Of a stretch of 64,000 nt of DNA, positions 46,310 through 56,252 are shown one piece after another. Under the pieces are notes generated by a model. It was not told the origin of the DNA and ran no database searches. It saw only the letters and a list, made by a program, of their open reading frames with translations. The DNA is from Anaerohalosphaeraceae bacterium. GTDB taxonomy: Bacteria; Planctomycetota; Phycisphaerae; Sedimentisphaerales; Anaerohalosphaeraceae. The position numbers were made by a program, and so were the translations under genes. Position 1 is the first letter of the stretch, and every line of letters begins with the position of its first letter. The DNA is taken from contig CAXXSL010000016.1 in the NCBI GenBank assembly GCA_963675525.2, positions 998,007-1,062,006 on the forward strand, written 5' to 3'.

Positions 46310-47669
46310 ATGAAGAAATGGATTGGAATTACTGCAAGCCTGTGGGTGGTATGTATATGCCATGCCGACAATCCAATCATACAAACAAAGTATACCGCCG
46401 ATCCGGCCCCGATGGTCTATAATGACACGGTTTACCTTTATACCAGCCATGACGAAGATGATGCTGCCGGATTTAAGATGTTTAACTGGATGTGCTATAC
46501 TTCAACGGATATGGTCAATTGGACGGATCATGGAATTATAGCCGGTGTTGCCGATCCTGATAAGACATTCAAGTGGGCCGACGGCCATAGTGCATGGGCT
46601 CCCCAGTGTATTGCCAGAAACGGCATGTTTTATTTATATTGCCCCACGGTGCTTAAAGGGCAGATGGTCATCGGTATTGCGGTGTCGGACAGCCCCTTCG
46701 GACCGTTTACCGACCCGATTGGACAACCTTTAGTCGAAGGCAGCTACGATCCTACCGTATATATCGATGACGACGGGCAGGCCTATATGTACTGGGGGGG
46801 GGAACGGTCCTTGCTATTACGTGAAGTTGAATGAAGACATGATCTCCACTTCGGGCGACATCCAGATTGCGTCCATCGACTTCACGGGAACTCCACCCGA
46901 GGCGTCCTACACGGAAGGCCCGTGGTTTTGGAAGAAGAATGACCACTACTACCTGGCTTGGGCGTCACGCTGCTGTCCTGAAGGTATCGGGTATGCCATG
47001 AGCGACAGTCCTGTGGGACCATGGAAGTGTAAGGGTACGATCATGGATCCGAACTCTCACTCTGATGGCAACCATCCGGGAATTATTGATTACAAGGGGA
47101 CGTCATATGTTTTCGGCTTTAATTATGAGTTGTTTTTCTCCCACCAGGGCAGCAGAAAGAAGCTTGAAAGGCGTTCGATATGTGTTGCGGAAATGACCTA
47201 TAACGACGACGGCACGATCAAGAAAGTTTCATGGTGGGGGGATGGCACGGCTATACCGAGCGTGCCTCAGGTCGGCCATCTCAATCCCTACGATACGACA
47301 CAGGCCGAAACGATCTGCGGGGCAATGGATGTTAAGACGGAACCTTGCAGTGCAGGCGGCATGAATGTGTGCGAGATCGACAACGGCGACTACATCAAGG
47401 TCAAGGGCGTCGATTTCGGCGATACCCCAGCGACGACCTTCACCGCCGCCGTCGCCAGCGCTTCGGCAGGCGGGACCATTGAACTGCGTCTGGACGGTGC
47501 AGATGGTAAGCTGATTGGATCGGTTGACGTTCCCAACACCGGTGGATGGCAGACATGGAAAACCGTTTCCTGTCCGATCAGCGGGGCCAAAGGAGAACAC
47601 GACTTGTATTTCAGGTTTACAGGAGATTCGGAAAAGCTGTTCAACTTTAACTGGTGGCAATTCAAGTAA
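46310..47669 (+). CDS. GH43 + CBM6 (frameshift at G9 46794-46802)
   Basis: [37 protein letters not shown]6 [14 protein letters not shown]. Confidence 0.9.
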
Positions 47670-47690
47670 ATGAAAGGCAACAAGATTCGT

Positions 47691-50600
47691 ATGAACCGAT
47701 ATGTACAATTAATCGCATTCATTGCGTTGGCCGCAGTGGCTGGTCAATGCCTTGGAAACAATCCCATTTTTAGCGACGTCTTCACGGCCGACCCGGCTGC
47801 GATGGTCGTTGGCGATACGGTCTATGTTTACATAGGCCATGACAATGCGAAAGAAGGTCAGTTTTTCACCATGCCCGACTGGCGATGCTATTCCTCAAAG
47901 GACATGAAGACCTGGACGCCGCACGGTTCCATCATGCGGCCGGAGGACTTTAAATTCGCCCGGCCTGATGTCGCATGGGCCGCCCATATGATCGAAAAAG
48001 ACGGTAAATATTATTTCTATACAACATTGCGCTGCAATAATAACAATGAACACTGTATCGGAGTGGCTGTAGGTGACAGCCCTTTAGGGCCCTTTAAGGA
48101 TGCCCGTGGAACCCCGCTCATTACCGACGGTATGACTACGGATTCGCGCCGGCCCAACGCCGACATCGATCCCACTGTGTTCATTGACGACGACGGCACT
48201 CCCTGGATGATGTGGGGCAACGGGGATTTCTACCTGGTCAAACTCAAGCCCAACATGATCGAACTCGATGGCCCGATCCAAAAAATGCCTCACGAAAATG
48301 TCGCCGAAGGCCCCTGGCTCTTCAAACGCGGGGATCTGTACTACAATGTCTATGCCGCGGACGTGCCCGGCAATCCACCGGAAAAGATTGCCTATGCCAC
48401 GGCAGATAAGATCACCGGCCCATGGACCTTTCGCGGGTTGGTAACCGGTTCCGCAAAGGTGGGCTTTACCATCCATCCATCGGTCATCGAGTTCAAGGGG
48501 CAATGGTATTTCTTTTATCACGACGGCTCCACCAGCCTCAACGATATGCCCGGCGGCGATTGCCGACGGAGTGTCTGCCTGGAGTATCTGTACTTCAACG
48601 ACGATGGTACCATCAAGCCCATTACTCAGACCAAAGCAGGTGTTTCCGGGAACGCAGAGTCGCCTAAGCAGTCGGTTCAGCTTTTCCCATTGAAAGACGT
48701 CCGGTTGCTTGAGAGTCCTTTTTCCGAGGCGGTCAAGGCCAATTGTCAATATCTCCTGGCCCATGATCCCGACCGATTGCTCGCGCCGTTCCGGCGTGAA
48801 GCGGGGCTGGAACCCAAGGCAAAGCCATACGGTAACTGGGAGAGCATGGGACTCGAAGGGCATTCGGCCGGGCACTACCTTTCGGCGATTTCGCTGATGA
48901 TTGCTTCGGGCGCCGACCCGGACGGTCAGTTCCGCCGTCGTCTCGATTATATGATCAATGAACTGGCCCAAGTCCAAAAAGCCAACGGTAATGGATATAT
49001 CGGAGGTGTTCAAGGGAGCAAGGAATTTTGGAAGAGTATCGCCGATGGTCATGTTGAGCTTATAGGAAAGAGATGGGCTCCCTGGTATAATCTCCACAAA
49101 ATGTTCGCCGGGCTTCGAGACGCCTGGCTTGACGAAGGCAGCGAAAAGGCGCGTGATCTGCTCATTGGCTTCGGAGACTGGTGTGAAAAGACCACGGCCG
49201 GCTTGACCGACGAGCAGATGCAGCAGATGCTTGGTACGGAATATGGCGGCATGAACGAGGTACTTGCCGACATCTATGCAATCACCGGAAACAAAAAATA
49301 CATGGATCTGGCCAAACGCTTCAACCAACGGTCTCTTTTCGAACCCCTGGAGAATCGCCAGGACCGTCTGACCGGCATGCATGCCAACACCCAGATTCCA
49401 AAGATCGTTGGCATGGAGCGGATTGCGGCTTTGGCCCACGATGATAAATTGCATACTGGCGCCGAGTTTTTCTGGGAAACTGTGACGCAGAACCGCAGCG
49501 TGGCCTTTGGCGGCAACAGCGTCAGCGAACATTTCAATGATCCCAGAGACTTTAGCGGCATGATCGAGCATCGGGAGGGACCGGAGACCTGCAATACCTA
49601 CAACATGCTCAGACTTACGGAGGCACTTTTTGCCGCTGAACCGAAGGGCGCCTATGCCGACTATTACGAGCGTGCCCTTTACAATCATATCCTGGCCTCC
49701 ATCAATCCAAAGAAGCCCGGGTACGTTTATTTCACCCCGATCCGTCCGGATCACTACAGGGTGTATTCTCAGTCCGAGCAGTGTTTTTGGTGCTGTGTGG
49801 GTACGGGCATGGAGAATCCCGGACGATACGGTGAGTTCATCTATGCCCGATCAAAGGACGAGTTGTATGTGAATCTGTTTATCCCTTCGGAACTATCGGT
49901 ACCTGATGACGGAATGGTTCTGAGGCAGGAGACATCGTTCCCGGATGAGGGGCATACGCAGCTTAGCCTTCAACTCGAAAAACCGGTAACCTTCACACTG
50001 AATATCCGCCATCCCGTCTGGGTCGAGGCGGGTGATTTTACGGTAAAGGTTAACGGCCGATCTGTTGCCGTCGAGTCGACTCCGTCCTCCTATGCCGCGA
50101 TTCGCCGCGAGTGGCACAATGGCGACAAGATCGACGTCAGTCTTCCGATGCGTACCACGGTCGAGCGGCTCCCCGACGGCTCCAACTGGGTGGCTATCCT
50201 GTATGGCCCCATCGTGCTGGCGAACCCTGACGGCACTGAAAACATGGACGGTCTGTTTGCCAACGATGGCCGTATGGCGCACGTGGCGAATGGTCCAATG
50301 GTTCCACTCGACAAAGTTCCGGCACTGCTCACGACGGAAGAGGAGTTGCTCGCACATATTGTTCCTGATCCTTCTGCAGGGCCGCTGCACGTCCGTATCA
50401 TGGATGTGATCGATCCGGCAGAGCCCAAAGGCTTGCCGCTGGTGCCGTTTTTCAGCCTGCACGAACGGCGATATCAAATGTACTGGGAACTTACGACGCC
50501 CGAAAAAATCGCGGCGCAAAAGGAAAGACTCGCCGCCGCCGAGCGAGCACGCACCGCCCGCGAGGCCGCGACCCTCGACTCGATTGCCGTGGGTGAGCAG

Positions 50601-50990
50601 CAGCCCGAGGTGGAGCACGACCTTAAAGGAGAAGGTATGGAATCGGGTATTCACAACGGCCGACGCTGGCGACATGGTTCTTGGATTCAATACACCCTTG
50701 ATCCGCGAGGTGAAAAGGAAGTCCTTCTGTCTGTCACATATTCGGGTGACGATCGTGGTCGCCAATTCGATATTCTGGTTAACGGGATTTTGATCGCCAC
50801 GCAGAAACTGAATGCTGAAAAGCCGAATAACTTTATTGAGAAACGCTATCCGATTTCCTCCGAGATAATTCAAGCAGCTGGTAGCGGTCAACTTACAGTC
50901 CGATTTACCGTGAAACAGTGGCTCGCCGGAGGACTTTATGATGTACGTCTGCTCAAGCCGGATGCTCCGGAGGTTCCTCCTGTTAATTAA
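47691..50990 (+). CDS. GH43 fused to GH127/GH146-like beta-L-arabinofuranosidase
   Basis: TADPAA/AWAA/IDPT/AEGPW, then FPLKDVRLL, GHSAGHYLSA, EYGGMNE, HANTQIPK, ETCNTYNML, FWCCVGTG. Confidence 0.9.
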   Translation: MNRYVQLIAFIALAAVAGQCLGNNPIFSDVFTADPAAMVVGDTVYVYIGHDNAKEGQFFTMPDWRCYSSKDMKTWTPHGSIMRPEDFKFARPDVAWAAHMIEKDGKYYFYTTLRCNNNNEHCIGVAVGDSPLGPFKDARGTPLITDGMTTDSRRPNADIDPTVFIDDDGTPWMMWGNGDFYLVKLKPNMIELDGPIQKMPHENVAEGPWLFKRGDLYYNVYAADVPGNPPEKIAYATADKITGPWTFRGLVTGSAKVGFTIHPSVIEFKGQWYFFYHDGSTSLNDMPGGDCRRSVCLEYLYFNDDGTIKPITQTKAGVSGNAESPKQSVQLFPLKDVRLLESPFSEAVKANCQYLLAHDPDRLLAPFRREAGLEPKAKPYGNWESMGLEGHSAGHYLSAISLMIASGADPDGQFRRRLDYMINELAQVQKANGNGYIGGVQGSKEFWKSIADGHVELIGKRWAPWYNLHKMFAGLRDAWLDEGSEKARDLLIGFGDWCEKTTAGLTDEQMQQMLGTEYGGMNEVLADIYAITGNKKYMDLAKRFNQRSLFEPLENRQDRLTGMHANTQIPKIVGMERIAALAHDDKLHTGAEFFWETVTQNRSVAFGGNSVSEHFNDPRDFSGMIEHREGPETCNTYNMLRLTEALFAAEPKGAYADYYERALYNHILASINPKKPGYVYFTPIRPDHYRVYSQSEQCFWCCVGTGMENPGRYGEFIYARSKDELYVNLFIPSELSVPDDGMVLRQETSFPDEGHTQLSLQLEKPVTFTLNIRHPVWVEAGDFTVKVNGRSVAVESTPSSYAAIRREWHNGDKIDVSLPMRTTVERLPDGSNWVAILYGPIVLANPDGTENMDGLFANDGRMAHVANGPMVPLDKVPALLTTEEELLAHIVPDPSAGPLHVRIMDVIDPAEPKGLPLVPFFSLHERRYQMYWELTTPEKIAAQKERLAAAERARTAREAATLDSIAVGEQQPEVEHDLKGEGMESGIHNGRRWRHGSWIQYTLDPRGEKEVLLSVTYSGDDRGRQFDILVNGILIATQKLNAEKPNNFIEKRYPISSEIIQAAGSGQLTVRFTVKQWLAGGLYDVRLLKPDAPEVPPVN

Positions 50991-51078
50991 CAATGTTTCG
51001 CACAAGTTGGTTTTATTGGATAGCCTTGACAGAGGAAAGTTCAAAGAAAACAAAGAGATATAATATGAGAGGTATACG

Positions 51079-52113
51079 GTGAAAAAAAATGGAATTAAGA
51101 AACTTGTCACAAGTATCGTACTGGTCATGACAATTTGCGGGGGGATTTGCCTGGCGGACAATCCGATTATACAGACCAGATATACCGCTGACCCGGCTCC
51201 AATGGTGTATGACGGGGTCTGTTATGTGTATACCAGCCATGACGAAGACGTAATCGTGCGTGACTTCTTCTCCATGAATGACTGGCGGTGCTATTCTACC
51301 ACTGACATGGTTAATTGGACAGACCTCGGTTCGCCGTTATCCTATGAGAATTTTAAATGGGCCGGCAGTAATTCATCCTGGGCCGGTCAGTGTATTCCGC
51401 GAAATGGTAAATTTTATTACTATGTTCCGATTAATCAAAAAAGAGGTGGAAATGCCATCGGGGTAGCGGTATCCGACAGCCCTGTAGGACCGTTTAGCGA
51501 CCCCCTCGGTAAGCCATTGCTTTCCGGAGTTGGATATATCGATCCTACGGTGTTTATCGATGACGATGGACAGGCGTATCTGTATTGGGGCAATCCCCAG
51601 GAGGTCGAAGGTACCCTGAATCCGGCTGCTGTTCGCGGTCCTGATGGCAGGCTTTATCTTTTTCCACGTCTCGTTGCGAAGGGCAATTATTCGCGTATTG
51701 GCATCGCCCGTGTTCGGTTTAATGAGGCAGGCGACCCGTCCGGCATCGAGCGGCTCGGCATCGCACTGGAACCGGAAGCTGATTACGAGCGGCTGCCAGA
51801 CGGCAGCGGCGGCTGCGAAGATCCGCGTGTCACGTTTGTCGAACCGCTTCAGCGATATATAATGACTTACACGGCGATTTCGCCTGAAGGTCCGCGAATC
51901 GCCCTGGCAGTATCGAAGGATTTGTTCAGCTGGCAGCGAATGGGGCTTGCGACCTTCGAGCCTTATCAAGGCATCGATTTCGTCAACGTGGGCAATAAAG
52001 ACGCCAGCGTCTTCCCTATCGCCATTCCGAATCACGCCGGGAAAATGCAGTTGGCCATGCTCCATCGGGGCCGGAACCGCCGGTTTGGTGGCGATCAAGT
52101 TTTCTTCTACTGA
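51079..52113 (+). pseudogene. Chimeric ORF: N-half of a GH43 joined to an internal GH130-like fragment
   Basis: GH43 up to YLYWGNP (about 51597), then [29 protein letters not shown] (GH130-like), which is truncated at about 52068. Confidence 0.8.
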
Positions 52114-52190
52114 TTAGAAGGTTTCTCAAGGCGGGTTATATTGACGCTGGCGAACTTGTCCTAACCACGAAAGGAACGCCTCAAGGTGGT
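52095..52190 (+). pseudogene. Group II intron reverse transcriptase fragment
   Basis: Translates [32 protein letters not shown] (RT domain 3-4 signature). Confidence 0.8.
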
Positions 52191-52239
52191 AATAATGTCC
52201 CAACGCCATGTCGCTGGTGTATCTTCTTTATCCCGTTGC

Positions 52240-52551
52240 GATGATTGGTAATTTTGTTTACTTTGGATTAGAGATTGAAGGACGGCTTGTTTCTTTGGCT
52301 TCTGCGGAAATAAATCTCATATTGAGTAACGTCAAAATGACCGTTTTTGCTACTCTCCCTGAATTTAGGGGCAACCGTTTTGCCAGCTGGCTTTTGGGAT
52401 ATATGGAAAATGTAATGCGATCTTGTGGCTTACAAACTTCGTATACTATTGCGAGATCAGTTTCTGTCAGGATGAATGTTACATTTGGAAAAGCGGGCTA
52501 TATATATGTGGGCAGATCGAAAGCATGAGTGTTTGGTATAAAAGTTTGTAG
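52240..52551 (+). pseudogene. C-terminal remnant of beta-lysine N-acetyltransferase (AblB-like GNAT)
   Basis: ASAEI..KMTVFATLPEFRG..LL.YME..TSYTIARS..MNVTF.KAGY; a shifted frame ends ESMSVWYKSL*. Confidence 0.75.
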
Positions 52552-52568
52552 GAGAAAGGAACTTTAAA

Positions 52569-54209
52569 ATGAAAGTCAAAGAAAAGCAGAACATGGTGTT
52601 GTCTGGCTATGCGATGTCTTCAGGACTAGCTAAAGGGAAAGCTTTTCTATATCAGGACATATTGCAGCGAGACCATGAATTATATGATATAACCAAGCAT
52701 GAGGTAGATGATGAATATATTCGTATAGAACAAGCTATTAAAGTTGTAATTCATGACTTAGGGCTAACTGCAGATCGAATAGAAGAAGAATTGGATAAAG
52801 ACTCAGCCGATATTTTTCACGTACAAAAAGCTGTTCTTTGTGATCCTTCACTTCTTAATGAGATAAAAAAAGAATTATGCACAGAACTGGTAAATGGTGA
52901 GCAGATTATAAAGAGAGTATTTCACAGGTGGGAACGTAAATTTCGTGAAATGGAGGATGAAAAGTTTAGACAGCGAGCCGACGACATAGTAGATATTAGC
53001 AGTAGACTATTGCGAGAGCTTAGTGGAATACATGCTCATATCCTTGAAGATGTACCAGATGGAAGCATCCTGGTCGCCAAGCGGTTGTTGCCTTCTGATA
53101 CTGTTTTTTTATCGCGTAAAACAACCGTTGGAACTGTGGTCGAATTTGGAGGAACCGGGTCACATGCAGCTCTCTTGACTAGAGAAATGGGGATCCCGGC
53201 GGTATCTAGAATTCCGAACCTGCTAAAATATGTTTCTCAAGGAGACGTTTTGCTTATCGATGGATTTTCTGGGAGTGTCATTGTCAACCCAGATGAAAAA
53301 ACTGAAAATGACTTTAAAAACCGGATCAAGCAACTGGATATTTCTCGTAAAAAGCAACTGGAACACTGTTTTGAAACAGCAAAAACATTAGATGGTTTAA
53401 CTATTCAAGTATTTGCAAATGTTGGCTGCCGTGAGGATGTGCAACATGCGATCAAAAATGGAGCTGATGGTGTTGGGCTTTACCGGATTGAGCAATTTTA
53501 TCTTTCCCGAAAAAATCCACCATCGGAAGATGAGCTCTTTGAGGAAATTCGTCAATCTTTACTCCCGCTGGAAGATAAGCCTGCTACAATCAGGCTGTTA
53601 GACGCAGGTGCTGACAAGGAGATATCTTTTCTTAATATGCCTTTTGAGCAAAATCCATTTCTTGGGAGAAGAGGGGTTCGCTTGCTTCTGGAATACCCTG
53701 ATCTTGCAATTTCGCAGATGAGGGCATTATTGCGACTTTCCAAAGAATTCAACATTGAAGTATTGGTGCCTATGATAACCTTATCAAAAGAAATGTATGA
53801 GATGAGGAAACTAATGGTGATCGAGGCAAATGACATGGGAATTGATAAGTTACCACTGCTTGGAGCAATGATTGAAACGCCTGCAGCGGCATTGTGTGCT
53901 AAAGAAATCTCCGAGCATGCAGATTTCCTTAGTATTGGGACAAACGACTTAACCCAGTACACGATGGTGGCTGGCCGTGAAAACCCGCTTGTAAGTGATT
54001 ATTTCATTGATGAGCATCCTGCCGTCCAGAAAATGCTTCATATTGTTATGCGGGATATCGGAAAAACTCCTATCTCAGTCTGCGGCGAATTGGCGGGTAA
54101 AGTTAACGCCATCTCAATGCTACTTGAAATAGGAGTGCGAACACTAAGCGTGGCACCTCTTTTGGTGCCAAAAGTAAAAGAAATCATAAAACAAACTTCA
54201 ACTATGTAA
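52569..54209 (+). CDS. ptsI: Phosphoenolpyruvate-protein phosphotransferase (PTS enzyme I)
   Basis: GSHAALLTREMGIPAV phospho-His motif, GVGLYR.E, NPFLG.RG, MIETPAA, SIGTNDLTQY, VCGE. Confidence 0.93.
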   Translation: MKVKEKQNMVLSGYAMSSGLAKGKAFLYQDILQRDHELYDITKHEVDDEYIRIEQAIKVVIHDLGLTADRIEEELDKDSADIFHVQKAVLCDPSLLNEIKKELCTELVNGEQIIKRVFHRWERKFREMEDEKFRQRADDIVDISSRLLRELSGIHAHILEDVPDGSILVAKRLLPSDTVFLSRKTTVGTVVEFGGTGSHAALLTREMGIPAVSRIPNLLKYVSQGDVLLIDGFSGSVIVNPDEKTENDFKNRIKQLDISRKKQLEHCFETAKTLDGLTIQVFANVGCREDVQHAIKNGADGVGLYRIEQFYLSRKNPPSEDELFEEIRQSLLPLEDKPATIRLLDAGADKEISFLNMPFEQNPFLGRRGVRLLLEYPDLAISQMRALLRLSKEFNIEVLVPMITLSKEMYEMRKLMVIEANDMGIDKLPLLGAMIETPAAALCAKEISEHADFLSIGTNDLTQYTMVAGRENPLVSDYFIDEHPAVQKMLHIVMRDIGKTPISVCGELAGKVNAISMLLEIGVRTLSVAPLLVPKVKEIIKQTSTM

Positions 54210-54232
54210 GATACTAATCTATAGGAATTATC

Positions 54233-54325
54233 ATGTCAGGACTGATCATTGTTTCAAACAGGTTGCCTGTAAGTGTTTCTAGGGCAAAAGGTAGATTTGT
54301 ATACACTGAAAGCGATGGAGAAGTT
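54233..54325 (+). pseudogene. otsA: 5' remnant of trehalose-6-phosphate synthase
   Basis: MSGLIIVSNRLPVSV...ESDG, the characteristic OtsA N-terminus, then similarity is lost. Confidence 0.65.
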
Positions 54326-54653
54326 GCATCTTTCGCGTTATTTTTGTACTTTTTCAGACAACGAAACAGAATTTGTGGACTATACTTGTCGCGGAAATCG
54401 ATTCCCACCTCGAAAAACAGAGACCGGAGGACTGCATGAGATGTAAGATGAATAAGTTGACACTTCTCAGAGCCCTCAAAAGACATCTCCTCACTGAGGG
54501 CTTTCAAATGAAGATTGGGTCAATGGTGATTTGGCCATTATTGCCGGCTTTTTTGAACACACGGACCAGAAATTCTGTGTGTCATAGATGCGTGAAAATG
54601 ATACCTTGTAGGCAAGGATTTTCGATATTTATAGATTACATGAACCAGTCTGT

Positions 54654-54920
54654 TGCACCAAAATTTGCACCAACACTTCCCCTTTGACTCTCGGGAGGCT
54701 TCCGGGCAGCTCTCGGTTTGCTTACGGGGGCCCATTTTAAGGGTTATAAGTCTTTATTTTTCAATAGGTTACACACGCGATTTCAGACTGAAAATCCGTG
54801 TGTCGGCGGTTCAAATCCGCCCCTGCCCATTAGATAAGTCTTTAGCTGGCAACATGTTACAGTTGTCGGCTTTTTTATCTTTTTTTCCGGAACCCCGCTG
54901 CACCAATTCTGCACCAATTC
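54654..54920. mobile_element. attP-like site: tRNA-Phe(GAA) 3' fragment (54786-54829) flanked by tandem TGCACCAA arm-type repeats
   Basis: GACTGAAAATCCGTGTGTCGGCGGTTCAAATCCGCCCCTGCCCA with no 5' half; TGCACCAA at 54654, 54666, 54899 and 54910. Confidence 0.85.
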
Positions 54921-55072
54921 CGGACACAGGGACTGGGCCGCCGCCTGCCTTGCACGGTCCACCAAATCATCCGCTACAGCCAGGTAAAAAGCGTGTGTTG
55001 TGGAAAAGCTTGCGTGTCCTGCCAGGATCATTACGTCATGTTCTGACATGCCATTGGCAAGCCAATTACCCG
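54921..55072 (-). pseudogene. C-terminal fragment of a tyrosine integrase
   Basis: NWLANGMSEHDVMILAGHASFSTTHAFYLAV (H and catalytic Y region), reading toward the tRNA fragment. Confidence 0.8.
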
Positions 55073-55490
55073 CAGCGGTCAGGTGGTGCTTTGTCAATTA
55101 ACTGAAAACGGCAGAGCCGTCTGTGAATCCGAGCACATTGATCCAGGCCCTCGGCATCGTGAGAGTCTGGAGCACCGCTACTGGGTCAGGCAGGTTGCCC
55201 GGGATTACGAAAAAAAGGGATACGAGGTGACCTGTGAACATCCGGTGAAAGGAAACGCGGCCGTTGATATTTTAGCAAGTAGGCCCGGAGAAAAGATAGC
55301 AATTGAGGTTGAAACCGGAAAATCAAATATTAAAGCCAACCTGGAAAAGCTGAAAGAGGTAAGTTTTGATAAAATCATACTGCTTGCCGCCAATCCGTCC
55401 GCTGTCCGGAAATGCCAAAAGGCCATAGAGTCAGTTGAAGATATTGATGCTGGGATGATTGAACAGCTTAGCTGGCTGGATTTTTCCTAA
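55073..55490 (+). pseudogene. C-terminal fragment of a PD-(D/E)XK-like domain protein
   Basis: EHRYW..GYEVTCE..VDILA..IAIEVETGKS; no credible start; abuts the integrase fragment. Confidence 0.6.
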
Positions 55491-55549
55491 CGGATGCTCT
55501 CTTCGTATTGATGGCCTGCCTCGTATATTGTCTCATACAACTTTGACGG

Positions 55550-55826
55550 CCAGAGCAATGATAATAATTGGCCAGCCCTTCTACTGCATTGAGAGAGCCT
55601 TTCTGAGTTCCTGGTGATAAGCTTCGAAGTTGCATGTCCCTGATCATTTTTTCGCGTAATTGGCTCATAATGTCCCTTTGCTTGAGTGATAAGAAGGTTA
55701 GCATTTACGATAAATGCTTTCGGGGATGCATTTTAATGGGGGAGAAGGGAAGAGCCAATGTAATTAAGAAGGGCTACGGAGACAGAGGGGGACGGAAAAA
55801 GCCACCGCGAAGCGGTTTTGTTCTTG
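55550..55826 (-). mobile_element. Remnant of an integrase-associated IS91-like element (integrase N-terminus from ATG 55668 plus terminal hairpin)
   Basis: MSQLREKMIRDMQLRSLSPGTQ..AVEGLANYY (SAM-like integrase N-terminus); upstream CAAGAACAAAACCGC-TTC-GCGGT hairpin with CAAG/GAAC tetranucleotides. Confidence 0.6.
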
Positions 55827-55856
55827 ATACCTTTTCTGAACCTTTTGAATATGTGT

Positions 55857-55885
55857 AATATACTGATTTCTTGTACCGAAGTCAA
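55857..55885 (-). promoter_or_regulatory. Sigma70-type promoter
   Basis: Minus strand TTGACT-17 bp-TATATT; spacer resembles that of 6950-6978. Confidence 0.55.
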
Positions 55886-56252
55886 GACTTTGCCCATTCC
55901 GCAATATTTTTTCACTCGACAAATAATTTTACGAAATACCTAAAGTCTTTTTAAATAAAGTATTATCAATTTTGTTTCGGTATTTATACCGATGTAGGGT
56001 TACTGGATAAAAGATATTTTGATAAACTTTTAGCTTGATGTTTTATTTCTTGCGCTATAGATTCAAAATTTGGATTCCAAGGAGCTTCGTATTGGGATCG
56101 TGGTAGAGGGCCGAATTTGGAGGTTGCGTTAAGGAGTAGAGGGACTCACCCTTTTCGTACCTGTTTGAAATGAAGTGCTATGTTCTGCGCGCATTATGCG
56201 TGCTGATTCAAATAGTGACTACGTTACGTGTAAACAGGAAAGGACTCAAGAG

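Noticed and set aside
48084..51161. Long antisense ORFs (556 aa and 422 aa)
   Set aside because: Shadow ORFs opposite a well-supported GH43-GH127 gene, with no recognisable motifs.
54786..54829. Functional tRNA-Phe gene
   Set aside because: 5' half is absent and the anticodon stem is only partly paired.
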